Assembly (NCBI GenBank): GCA_002269645.1
Contig: NIVC01003574.1
Coordinates: 1 to 39,286 of the forward strand
Reading direction: 5' to 3'
DNA: 39,286 nucleotides
Source: Macrostomum lignano
Lineage: Eukaryota
Below the pieces are notes generated by a model. It saw only the letters and a list, made by a program, of their open reading frames with translations. It made no database searches and was not told the origin of the DNA. Shown piece after piece: positions 1 through 9,843 of this stretch. The translations under genes and the position numbers were made by a program. Position 1 is the stretch's first letter. Every line of letters begins with the position of its first letter.

Positions 1-269
1 CAGATAATCACCTGTGCATACTAACCTGACCAATCAGATAAACCACGTATGCAATCTAGCCTGACCAATCAGATAATCACCTGTGCATACTAATCTGACC
101 AATCAGATAATCACCTGTGCATACTAACCTGACCAATCAGATAACCACCTATGCAATCTAGCCTGACCAATCAGATAATCACCTGTGCAATACTAACCTG
201 ACCAATCAGATAATCACCTGTGCATACTAACCTGACCAATCAGATAATCACCTGTGCATACTAACCTGA
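1..269. repeat. 34-35 bp satellite array, left part (runs off window start)
   Basis: Tandem copies of CAGATAATCACCTGTGCATACTAACCTGACCAAT with minor variants; interrupted at 269 by the LTR element. Confidence 0.97.
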
Positions 270-480
270 TTTGTATATTAGCAGAGAAGACACAGAGTAT
301 GCCCCAGCCCAATGTTTGTTGTCTAGGGCACAACCATTATTTTATAATAAAGTAGTTACAAGATGAATCCCAAGAGGAGTTCGTATCAACCGGAGCAAAA
401 CGATAGCTCGAACCGCTTAAGCGAATCATTGTCTTCTTACTTAAATGTAGCAGCTCCACGTCGGAGAAGAAGACATAACA
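270..480 (+). repeat. 5' LTR (211 bp)
   Basis: Direct repeat of 4597-4810, differing by three 1-bp indels (one removes the G of the terminal TG) and one C/T substitution. Ends ...ACATAACA. AATAAA at 346-351. Confidence 0.95.
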
Positions 481-3400
481 ATGGCGACGAGTGTAAAAAT
501 CGGAGAGTTCGACGTGGCTAAACCGGAGCAATGGGAAGCTTATGAAGAACGATTCGAGCAGTTTTTCGTCGTAAACAAAGTGACCGAGGAGGCACATAAG
601 CGAGCAAATCTGATTACAGTGATTGGTAATGACTGTTATCAATTGCTACGCAACCTGCTATCGCCTAAGAAGCCAAAGGATGTGGCGTACGACGAACAAG
701 TGAAGACGCTGAGGGAACACTTCAACCCAAAGCCGAAGCTTGTCGTCGAGCGGTACAACTTCCACAGCAGAGTCCAACACGAAGGAGAAACAGTGAGTGA
801 CTTTTTTGCTAGTCTGCGGAGGTTGGCAGCCACGTGTGGTTTTGACAAGTTCCTGGAGGAGGCACTGAGAGACAGGTTCGTCGTTGGCCTCAGGAACAGG
901 CTCGTCCAGCAGCGATTGCTACAAGAAGAGACACTGACCCTGTCGGGTGCACTAACGCTAGCGACTGCGATGGAAGCAGCAGAGCGAGGAGTCGTGACTA
1001 TCACCTCCGCCACAGGAGTCGGTCATAGTGTCAATTTCTCGAAGGAAACTAACAAGCAATCAACTGCAGCGCAACATGGGAAAAGGAGCCGCGCCCAAGA
1101 TGGATGTTTCCGCTGTAACGCGAAGGATCATTGGGCAAGGAGCTGTCCAAATAGGAATAAAACGTGCAGCAAATGCGGCCGAGTAGGACATCTTAAAGAT
1201 GCATGCCGTACAAAGGACAAGGCAAAAGAGTCTGGAAGTGGCAGGTCAAAGCGATTCAACTCTTCAAAACGTGGGAAGTCCGGTAAGGTGCATTACGCAT
1301 GGAATTTCGACAGTGAGTCAGAAAGTGAGGGTTCGGACTGCAGTGGTCGAGACAAGCATTCCGAGATCAGGACTGTGTTTGCTACAGGTATGGCTGGCTT
1401 TAGTGGATCAGCACCGTATATGTGCGAGTTAAATATAAATGGGCATTTTGTAAATTTCCAACTGGATACTGGCGCAGACAAGACCCTTAATAACGAAAAT
1501 ACTGGCAAGAAACTTGGCTTAAGGTGGTCTAAATCTAATGTTAGACTGTCAAGTTACACAGATCATCTCATACCAGTTCTGGGCGAAGCTACTGTTACCG
1601 TAACTAACTATCAGGAAAGACAGTATCAACTAACTGCGCTTGTTGTGAAGGGAGACAGAGTGAATCTTCTAGGTCGGGACTGGCTCTCTTCGTTGAAAAT
1701 TGACTGGAGCAGGTTTGCCCATGTGAAAACAACAACGTTGGTTCCACCTATCGAGCGGTTAATGAAGAAGTATGATCAAGTGTTTGCTGAAAGCCTTGGC
1801 ACTATCAAAGGGTTAAAGGCCAGAATACTGTTGAAAGAAAACTTCATTCCAAAGTTTTGCAAGAGTCGACCGGTGCCATTTGCGATCAAAAGCCTCATTG
1901 AAGAGGAGCTGGCGAATTTGCAAGCTCAAGGCATAATCAAAAAAGTGAGCGCATCAGACTTTGCATCTCCGATTGTCCCAGTTTTGAAGCGCGATGGAAA
2001 ATCCGTAAGGATTTGCGCTGATTTCAAGAGAACCGTTAACCCTCAATTGGAGGTTGACAAGTACCCTCTGTCGAAACCGGAAGAAATTTTCGCAACTCTG
2101 AATGGTGGAAGAGTCTTCTCGAAATTGGATATTTCGCAAGCGTTTTTACAACTGGAACTGGAGGATTCGTGCAAAAAGTTCGCTACAATTAACACACATC
2201 TGGGTTTGTTCCAATACGAGCGACTAACAATGGGTCTGGCATCAGCCCCTGCGCAATTTCAAGAAGCGATGGAGAAAATTTTACAAGGCTTGGAAGTAGT
2301 TGTCTATATAGACGACATTCTTGTATCCGGCAGTTGTTTGGAAGACCACGACAAAAGGTTGGAAGCTGTATTAGAACGTCTTTTAGCTCACGGTGTGCAT
2401 TTGAATAGGAAAAAGTGTGAATTCCGCCTAAACAGAATTGAATTCTTGGGCTATGTTATCGATGAATCGGGAATCCATCCCTCGAAAGAGAAAGTTCAGG
2501 CAATTCATGAAGCTCCAACACCAACTAACGTGTCAGAGGTTCGTTCCTTGATAGGGATGATCAGCTATTATGGGAAGTTTATTCCAAACCTATCATCAAT
2601 ACTGGTACCTCTCAACAGACTGTTGCACAAAGACGCAGAGTTTCATTGGAGTGAAGCGTGTTCGGCAGCATTCGAGAAAGTGAAGGCAACTCTAACTTCT
2701 GAGCGTGTTCTGGCTCATTTTGATCCTAAGAAGCAGCTTGTGTTGCAAACGGACGCCTCCAAATATGGAATCGGGTGTGTCATCTCACATTTGATGCCGA
2801 ATGGCGAGGAAAGGCCTGTAGCGTTTGCTTCGAGAACTCTAACAAAACCTGAGATCAACTACTCTCAACTAGAGAAAGAAGCGCTGGCCATCGTCTTCGG
2901 AGTTAAAAGATTTCACCAATATCTTTTTGGACATCATTTTATACTAGTGACTGACCATAAACCCCTACTGACCATTTTTGGAGATAAGAAGGACATTCCG
3001 AGCATAGCAGCAAGCAGACTACAGCGCTGGGCCGTGTTGCTTTCTGCCCATCAGTATACCATGAAATTCAGAAGAACAGAGGATCATTCGAATGCTGACG
3101 CACTTTCACGTCTCCCAGTGCCTGGTAATATCAGCAAGGTTGATCGTGTCTTGGAGGTCAGGCTAGAAATGCTACCAGTCAACGCAGAAACAATACGAAC
3201 CGAGACACAGAAAGATTCACAGCTTCAGAGAGTTCTTCGATACTGTCAAAATGGTTGGCCAGAAACCTGTGAGCAAGAGCTGGAGCAGTACTTCAGGAAG
3301 CGGAACGAGTTGTGCATTGAGCAAGGTGTGCTGTTTTGGGGAGTAAGAGTCATTATTCCAAGAATCGTACAACAGGTTGTGTTAGAACTGCTTCATGATG

Positions 3401-4551
3401 GACATCCGGGAATTGTTGCAATGAAATCCATAGCTAGACTGCATGTATGGTTCCCAGGAATCGACAAGGCTATAGAAGCCCTAGTCCGTAGTTGTGAAGG
3501 CTGTCAGCTGCAAAGGAATTTGCCTGCACAAGCACCAGTTCAGCCTCTTGTCTGGCCAGAAAGGCCTTGGACTCGAATTCAACAGGACTACATGGGACCA
3601 TTCCATGGATACTACTGGCTTGTTATAGTCGATGCAACAAGTAAATGGGTTGAGATCTTTCCCATGAAGCACGCAACTACCAACAGGACGATAGAATGTC
3701 TACGAGAAACGTTCGCACGATTTGGCATCCCACAGCAAGTGTTGAGTGACAATGGTAGCCAATTCTGCTCAGCTGAGTTCCGTACTTTCCTAGAGCGGAA
3801 TAACATCCGACAGATTTTGACAGCTGTTGGACATCCGCGTACCAACGGACTTAGTGAAAGAATGGTGCAAACAGCAAAGTCTGTCATCAAAGCAGGAATT
3901 AAGACTCACGGTGATCCAATCTTGAGCATGCAGAACTTTCTGTTCCGCTACCGCAGTACACCTCATTCAACAACCGGTAGAACACCAGCAGAGATGATGT
4001 TATGCTACAGTCGCAGGACACGGTTGGATTTACTCAAGCCAGATGCTTACTCAAGAGTGTTAAACAAGCAGACGGATGTCACTGAACGACAAATAGAGAG
4101 AGGATCAACTATTCGAGAATTTCAAGAAGGAGACTCAGTTCTGACGTTGGACTTCAGAAGGGAGCGAGAGAACAGGTGGATTTCTGCCAAGGTGATCGCC
4201 CGCACAGAACCGCTGTCCTATAGATTGTTGGTTAACGGACAAGTCTGGAAGCGACACGTCGACCAAATTGTCAGTGCAGAATTACCTGGACAGAACAAGC
4301 CGGAGGCTCATCACCTACCGCCTATTCTGAAGGATCCTAGGAGAGTTCAGAGCGACAAAACTACCACCGAGAAAGAGCGGCGAGAGAGTGAATCAACTCA
4401 ACCGGTCCAAGACGTGCCAAGCCGAGGAGAATCTCAGGCAGCGGACACAGACCAGGATGACGCTGACCCTGGAGCAGAAGGCGTGGGCACAAGGATACTG
4501 AGGGATCGAAGCAAATTGAGAAAACCGGATTGGTTGCAATACAGTGAATAA
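481..4551 (+). CDS. Gag-Pol polyprotein (1356 aa)
   Basis: Two CCHC knuckles (CFRCNAKDHWARSC, CSKCGRVGHLKDAC), protease LDTGA, RT YIDD, RNase H LQTDAS, integrase HHCC (HDGH...CEGC) and D-D-E core (QDY, SDNG, SER). No stops or frameshifts. Confidence 0.97.
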   Translation: MATSVKIGEFDVAKPEQWEAYEERFEQFFVVNKVTEEAHKRANLITVIGNDCYQLLRNLLSPKKPKDVAYDEQVKTLREHFNPKPKLVVERYNFHSRVQHEGETVSDFFASLRRLAATCGFDKFLEEALRDRFVVGLRNRLVQQRLLQEETLTLSGALTLATAMEAAERGVVTITSATGVGHSVNFSKETNKQSTAAQHGKRSRAQDGCFRCNAKDHWARSCPNRNKTCSKCGRVGHLKDACRTKDKAKESGSGRSKRFNSSKRGKSGKVHYAWNFDSESESEGSDCSGRDKHSEIRTVFATGMAGFSGSAPYMCELNINGHFVNFQLDTGADKTLNNENTGKKLGLRWSKSNVRLSSYTDHLIPVLGEATVTVTNYQERQYQLTALVVKGDRVNLLGRDWLSSLKIDWSRFAHVKTTTLVPPIERLMKKYDQVFAESLGTIKGLKARILLKENFIPKFCKSRPVPFAIKSLIEEELANLQAQGIIKKVSASDFASPIVPVLKRDGKSVRICADFKRTVNPQLEVDKYPLSKPEEIFATLNGGRVFSKLDISQAFLQLELEDSCKKFATINTHLGLFQYERLTMGLASAPAQFQEAMEKILQGLEVVVYIDDILVSGSCLEDHDKRLEAVLERLLAHGVHLNRKKCEFRLNRIEFLGYVIDESGIHPSKEKVQAIHEAPTPTNVSEVRSLIGMISYYGKFIPNLSSILVPLNRLLHKDAEFHWSEACSAAFEKVKATLTSERVLAHFDPKKQLVLQTDASKYGIGCVISHLMPNGEERPVAFASRTLTKPEINYSQLEKEALAIVFGVKRFHQYLFGHHFILVTDHKPLLTIFGDKKDIPSIAASRLQRWAVLLSAHQYTMKFRRTEDHSNADALSRLPVPGNISKVDRVLEVRLEMLPVNAETIRTETQKDSQLQRVLRYCQNGWPETCEQELEQYFRKRNELCIEQGVLFWGVRVIIPRIVQQVVLELLHDGHPGIVAMKSIARLHVWFPGIDKAIEALVRSCEGCQLQRNLPAQAPVQPLVWPERPWTRIQQDYMGPFHGYYWLVIVDATSKWVEIFPMKHATTNRTIECLRETFARFGIPQQVLSDNGSQFCSAEFRTFLERNNIRQILTAVGHPRTNGLSERMVQTAKSVIKAGIKTHGDPILSMQNFLFRYRSTPHSTTGRTPAEMMLCYSRRTRLDLLKPDAYSRVLNKQTDVTERQIERGSTIREFQEGDSVLTLDFRRERENRWISAKVIARTEPLSYRLLVNGQVWKRHVDQIVSAELPGQNKPEAHHLPPILKDPRRVQSDKTTTEKERRESESTQPVQDVPSRGESQAADTDQDDADPGAEGVGTRILRDRSKLRKPDWLQYSE
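482..491 (+). other. Primer-binding site TGGCGACGAG (tRNA-Ser(GCU)-type), overlapping the gag start codon
   Basis: Lies 1 nt after the 5' LTR and is complementary to the conserved 3' end (...CUCGUCGCCA) of animal tRNA-Ser(GCU), recalled from known sequence. Confidence 0.8.
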
Positions 4552-4585
4552 TTCCGGATAACTGACAATGCAACTTTTTATTGAC

Positions 4586-4596
4586 AAAAGGGGGAA
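4586..4596 (+). other. Polypurine tract AAAAGGGGGAA
   Basis: Purine run directly abutting the TGTTG start of the 3' LTR. Confidence 0.9.
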
Positions 4597-4810
4597 TGTT
4601 GTATATTAGCAGAGAAGACACAGAGTATGCCCCCAGCCCAATGTTTGTTGTCTAGGGCACAACCTATTATTTTATAATAAAGTAGTTACAAGATGAATCC
4701 CAAGAGGAGTTTGTATCAACCGGAGCAAAACGATAGCTCGAACCGCTTAAGCGAATCATTGTCTTCTTACTTAAATGTAGCAGCTCCACGTCGGAGAAGA
4801 AGACATAACA
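4597..4810 (+). repeat. 3' LTR (214 bp)
   Basis: TGTTGTA...ATAACA termini; near-identical to 270-480. Confidence 0.96.
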
Positions 4811-5264
4811 CCTGACCAATCAGATAATCACCTGTGCATACTAACCTGACAAATCAGATAATCACCTGTGCATACTAACCTGACCAATCAGATAATCACC
4901 TGTGCATTCTAGCCTGACCAATCAGATAATCAGTTGTACATTCTAGCCTGACCAATCAGATAATCACCTGTGCATTCTAGCCTGACCAATCAGATAATCA
5001 GTTGTACATTCTAGCCTGACCAATCAGATAATCACCTGTGCATTCTAGCCTGACCAATCAGATAATCACCTGTGCAATCTAGCCTGACCAATCAGATAAT
5101 CACCTGTGCATTCTAGCCTGACCAATCAGATAATCACCTGTGCATTCTAGCCTGACCAATCAGATAATCACCTGTACATTCTAGCCTGACCAATCAGATA
5201 ATCACCTGTGCAATCTAGCCTGACTAATCCGATAATTACCTGTGCATTCTAGCCTGACCAATCA
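4811..5264. repeat. 34-bp satellite array, right part (~13 units)
   Basis: Resumes in phase with the left array after the TSD. Unit CCTGACCAATCAGATAATCACCTGTGCATTCTAG. Confidence 0.97.
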
Positions 5265-5574
5265 AGCAAATAAATAAACAAGCACAAACTAGAACATTCC
5301 AAAGTACAATTGTATTTAAACGAAAAAGTAGTGACGATATGGTTTCAGACAACTTCCACGCATAGCAGGCAACTAAAGCAGAAGAGCACGCAGTTAAGTT
5401 ATGCCGCATGCTTCCATTTTTGCGCAAAAAAAATAATAAACTTTACATTTCAATATCACTAAATTTGACCTATTCTGTTCTACACAACATGCTATAAACA
5501 AAATGCAAAATCAATAAGAAGACAAGATGACGTCAAATTGGGATTATTTTGATTTTCACTCAGTTACACAACTG

Positions 5575-6612
5575 GCACCCCTCAGAAGCAAAAATGGCAC
5601 TCCTCAGAAGCAAAAATGGCACCCCTCAGAAACAGAAATGGCAACCCCCAGAAACAGAAATGGCATCCTTCAGATACAGAAATGGCACCCCCACAGATAC
5701 AGATGATACAGACATGGCACCCCACAGATACAGAAATGGCATCCCCACAGATGATACAGAAATGGCACCCTTCAGAAACAGAAATGGAACCCCCACAGAT
5801 GATACAAAAATGGCATGCCCACAGATGATACAGAAATGGCATCCCCACAGATGATACAGAAATGGCACCCTTCAGAAACAGAAATGGAACCCCCACAGAT
5901 GATACAGACATGGCACCCCACAGATACAGAAATGGCATCCCCACAGATGATACAGAAATGGCACCCTTCAGAAACAGAAATGGCACCCTTCAGAAACAGA
6001 AATGGCATCCCCACAGATGATACAGAAATGGCACCCTTCAGAAACAGAAATGGCACCCCCACAGATGATACAGAAATGGCACCCCTCAGAAACAAAAATG
6101 GCACCCCTCAGATACAGAAATGGCACCCCTCAGATACAGAAATGGCACGCCACAGATACAGAAATGGCAGTCCTCAGATACAGAAATGGCACCCCTCAGA
6201 TACAGAAATGGCACCCCTCAGATACAGAAATGGCACGCCACACATACAGAAATGGCACCCCACAGATACAGAAATGGCATCCCCACAGATGATACAGAAA
6301 TGGCACCCTTCAGAAACAGAAATGGCATCCCCACAGATGATACAGAAATGGCACCCTTCAGAAACAGAAATGGCACCCCCACAGATGATACAGAAATGGC
6401 ACCCCTCAGAAACAAAAATGGCACCCCTCAGATACAGAAATGGCACCCCTCAGATACAGAAATGGCACGCCACACATACAGAAATGGCACCCCTCAGATA
6501 CAGAAATGGCACCCCTCAGATACAGAAATGGCACCCCTCAGATACAGAAATGGCACGCCACACATACAGAAATGGCACCCCTCAGATACAGAAATGGCAC
6601 GCCTCAGATACA
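5575..6612. repeat. Compound minisatellite of ~22 and ~26 bp units (GATACAGAAATGGCACCCCTCA and variants)
   Basis: Direct inspection; it generates all the repetitive ORFs between 5549 and 6745. Confidence 0.95.
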
Positions 6613-6744
6613 GGAAATGCAATACTGTTAAAAAAGTATAATCAGTTAAAAATGACAAAATAAGCAAGTGACGGCTCAATCGCTGTTTAAAATTAACTGA
6701 ACTCACGAGATCAAACCTCAGTACAGACACAAAGTAATCACACA

Positions 6745-7026
6745 CTAATAACTGTCATCTTTAATATCAGATTCTTCTGAATGCGAGTCAGTCGGCAGCT
6801 CTTCTACCTGACTAATTGAGTTACTATTAGTAGTAGCAGGAGTACTGCTCATTTCTTGGCTAGCTGGCTTCCTCTGTGACCGAATTAGATTCCATAGGCT
6901 GCTGAGGCAGCTGTAGAGCAGCATCAGAATGAGTCTGAGCAGAGTTGCCAGGCCCCACAGACACAGGAAGATGAGCAGATAGCCCCAGAATGTTGGCCAA
7001 TAATTGAATGCACCGAAATTGGCCAT
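6745..7026 (-). CDS. Hypothetical 93-aa membrane protein (hydrophobic N-terminal half, acidic Ser/Thr-rich tail)
   Basis: ATG in GCCATGG context, a long hydrophobic stretch (WGYLLIFLCLWGLATLLRLILMLLY), and a non-repetitive sequence. No family recognised. Confidence 0.5.
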   Translation of the reverse strand: MANFGAFNYWPTFWGYLLIFLCLWGLATLLRLILMLLYSCLSSLWNLIRSQRKPASQEMSSTPATTNSNSISQVEELPTDSHSEESDIKDDSY

Positions 7027-7053
7027 GGCTGATATGAGTGCAGAGATTGGCCG

Positions 7054-7554
7054 CTACCAGGTCTCAGCCATCCAAAAGTACACGGTGACCTGGCGGTTAT
7101 CAACGCTAATAGACTCCGAGTGCTTGGCTAGGAACCTGGCCGCCAAGCCGTAGGCCAGAGTTGGCAGACCAAAATTAGCCGCCTTCAAACAGGTGTAGAA
7201 CCGGTCCTGGCTGAGCAGGCCGGGGTCCGGTGGAGCCCTGGTGCAGTGGTACTTCACGTATGGATAGCAGCCGGTGCGCAGTACGTGATAGTTGCCACCC
7301 TCCACTGGCCAGTTGAAGTGGCTCAGGCCCCACTGATCGTTGATCACCTGACCGCGGTGCAGGAAAAACGCCGTCCAAGGCGGCAACTGGCGCCGGCGCA
7401 GGTAGGCGGTGAGCACGGCGGATGCGAGCGGCCTGCCGGGATCGGAGCGTTTGCCTAGCAACTGGATTAGCACCTGGATCTGGCGACGGATGCGCAGAAA
7501 TGGGGTCAAGGCTGACTTCAATGCGCAGTCTAAGGAAGAACTTGTTTCTGCCAT
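7054..7554 (-). CDS. C15orf61: C15orf61 homolog (DUF4528 family), intronless, ~166 aa from ATG 7554
   Basis: Motifs LPPWTAF..NDQWGLSHFNW...NYHVLRTGCYPYVKYHC..NFGLPTLAYGL..VYF match recalled human C15orf61 (LPHWTSF..NDQFGLSHFNW..NYHVLRTGCFPFIKYHC..NLGIPTLLYGL..VYF). Confidence 0.92.
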   Translation of the reverse strand: MAETSSSLDCALKSALTPFLRIRRQIQVLIQLLGKRSDPGRPLASAVLTAYLRRRQLPPWTAFFLHRGQVINDQWGLSHFNWPVEGGNYHVLRTGCYPYVKYHCTRAPPDPGLLSQDRFYTCLKAANFGLPTLAYGLAARFLAKHSESISVDNRQVTVYFWMAETW

Positions 7555-7637
7555 ATTCACAACCTAACAGAGCATTGACACCATTCTTATTCTATTCACA
7601 CCTTACTTATCTATTCACACCCTACTTAATCTATTCA

Positions 7638-8892
7638 CACCCTACTAAAGCATACATTCACATACTCGTACTACTAAAGCATGCATTCACACCCTACTAA
7701 AGCATACATTCACATACTCGTACTACTAAAGCATGCATTCACACCCTACTAAAGCATACATTCACATACTCGTACTACTAAAGCATGCATTCACACCCTA
7801 CTAAAGCATACATTCACATACTACTAAAGCATGCATTCACACCCTACTAAAGCATACATTCACGTACTACTAAAGCATGCATTCACACCCTACTAAAGCA
7901 TACATTCACATACTACTAAAGCATGCATTCACACCCTACTAAAGCATACATTCACATACTACTAAAGCATGCATTCACACCCTACTAAAGCATACATTCA
8001 CATACTACTAAAGCATGCATTCACACCCTACTAAAGCATACATTCACATACTACTAAAGCATGCATTCACACCCTACTAAAGCATACATTCACGTACTAC
8101 TAAAGCATGCATTCACACCCTACTAAAGCATACATTCACATACTACTAAAGCATGCATTCACACCCTACTAAAGCATACATTCACATACTACTAAAGCAT
8201 GCATTCACACCCTACTAAAGCATACATTCACATACTACTAAAGCATGCATTCACATACTACTAAAGCATACATTCACACCCTACTAAAGCATGCATTCAC
8301 ATACTACTAAAGCATACATTCACACCCTACTAAAGCATACATTCACATACTACTAAAGCATGCATTCACACCCTACTAAATCATGCATTCACACCCTACT
8401 AAAGCATGCATTCACACCCTACTAAAGCATACATTCACACCCTACTAAAGCATACATTCACATACTACTAAAGCATGCATTCACACCCTACTAAAGCATA
8501 CATTCACATACTACTAAAGCATGCATTCACACCCTACTAAAGCATACATTCACATACTACTAAAGCATGCATTCACATACTACTAAAGCATGCATTCACA
8601 CCCTACTAAAGCACGCATTCACATACTACTAAAGCATGCATTCACACCCTACTAAAGCACGCATTCACATACTACTAAAGCATGCATTCACACCCTACTA
8701 AAGCACGCATTCACATACTACTAAAGCATGCATTCACACCCTACTAAAGCATACATTCACACCCTACTAAAGCATGCATTCACACCCTACTAAAGCACGC
8801 ATTCACATACTACTAAAGCATGCATTCACACCCTACTAAAGCACGCATTCACACCCTACTAAAGCATGCATTCACACCCTACTAAAGCATGC
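7638..8892. repeat. 23-bp satellite ACTAAAGCAT(G/A)CATTCACA(CCCT/TACT), ~54 units
   Basis: Direct inspection; alternating variants give a 46-bp higher-order unit. Confidence 0.97.
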
Positions 8893-9843
8893 AAATTCAG
8901 CAACAAAGCTCACAAATTTTCTCTAATCTAAACCTTCTCGAACATTTTATCGTTCTACTCACAAAGAGAAATTATTCTGACAAAAAAACACTTCCAATTT
9001 AGAGCAGTGATGCGTGTTTGTTTATTAGCATTTATTGTCATACACGATTGACACAGAATTGAGTTGCAACCTATCAACACTCTAAGCTTTCACACTCAAG
9101 AGGACACACATGATTTCAGCCACGTGTTTATGACCTGTTCTAAATGAGTTTTATTATGCTTGTATTTGTACTCAAGTATATGAAAAAATGCACTGGCAAT
9201 GATAAACATGCGTTAGAGCAAAGCACTGCATCTAAAATCTTGTGTTCTCAATTGCCAAGAATGACAATTCCTATTCATGATAGCTAAACTAGCGCGTTAC
9301 GTTCTACTAAGAGATGGGCCACTCAGGCATATATACTTAGTAAAACAGCATTCTACTTTCAGTTCAGTAGCAATGAAGAATACATAAGCTATTTTATAAA
9401 ATAAAGGCAGCTGAAATGACTTTGATAAGTTTATTAGAAGCCCAAGTTTGCAGACGTAAACAGCTTGCTAATGGGTTCAGCCATAATGTACATTGACCAC
9501 TGAAACGTACATGGCAGCTTTAGGCTGGAACAACCGAAGAATGTAATAAAAACTGGGTGGCAGGGCAGGGGTAGAGGTTCTGTGTGGAGTTTGAGGGTTT
9601 AAGTTTGTGGGTAAGAGCCAATAAATGAGCTTGTCTTTAAAAATACATAAAAATGCTTCAGTTTAACTTACTACTGAACTGAAAGTAGCTTGCACGCAAA
9701 TGTGCTGAGTGGCCCATCTAGTTACTCTAGGAACTGTGATCCATCCTAGCTAAACAAGCAATCCGCTAGACTAGCAATAAATTCTAATTAATAATTCAAT
9801 CAGTTACTTGACAGGGCAATCCGCAACAGACAAGAGACAAAGA

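Larger units (their letters stand above)
270..4810 (+). mobile_element. Full-length Ty3/gypsy LTR retrotransposon, Mag-like clade
   Basis: LTRs at 270-480 and 4597-4810; PBS at 482-491; PPT at 4586-4596; 5-bp TSD CCTGA at 265-269 and 4811-4815; a single uninterrupted gag-pol ORF in PR-RT-RH-IN order. Confidence 0.97.

Noticed and set aside
337-4621. Small ORFs overlapping the retrotransposon (e.g. 337-642, 639-1013, 3612-3890, 4361-4621)
   Set aside because: Antisense or alternate-frame shadows of gag-pol and the LTR; no motifs. No env-like ORF: only 45 bp separate the pol stop and the 3' LTR.
7029-7057. 29-nt GT-AG intron removing the C15orf61 stop
   Set aside because: The donor TG|GTAGCG is weak, splicing shifts out of frame with the TM ORF, and the unspliced stop already matches the family C-terminus.
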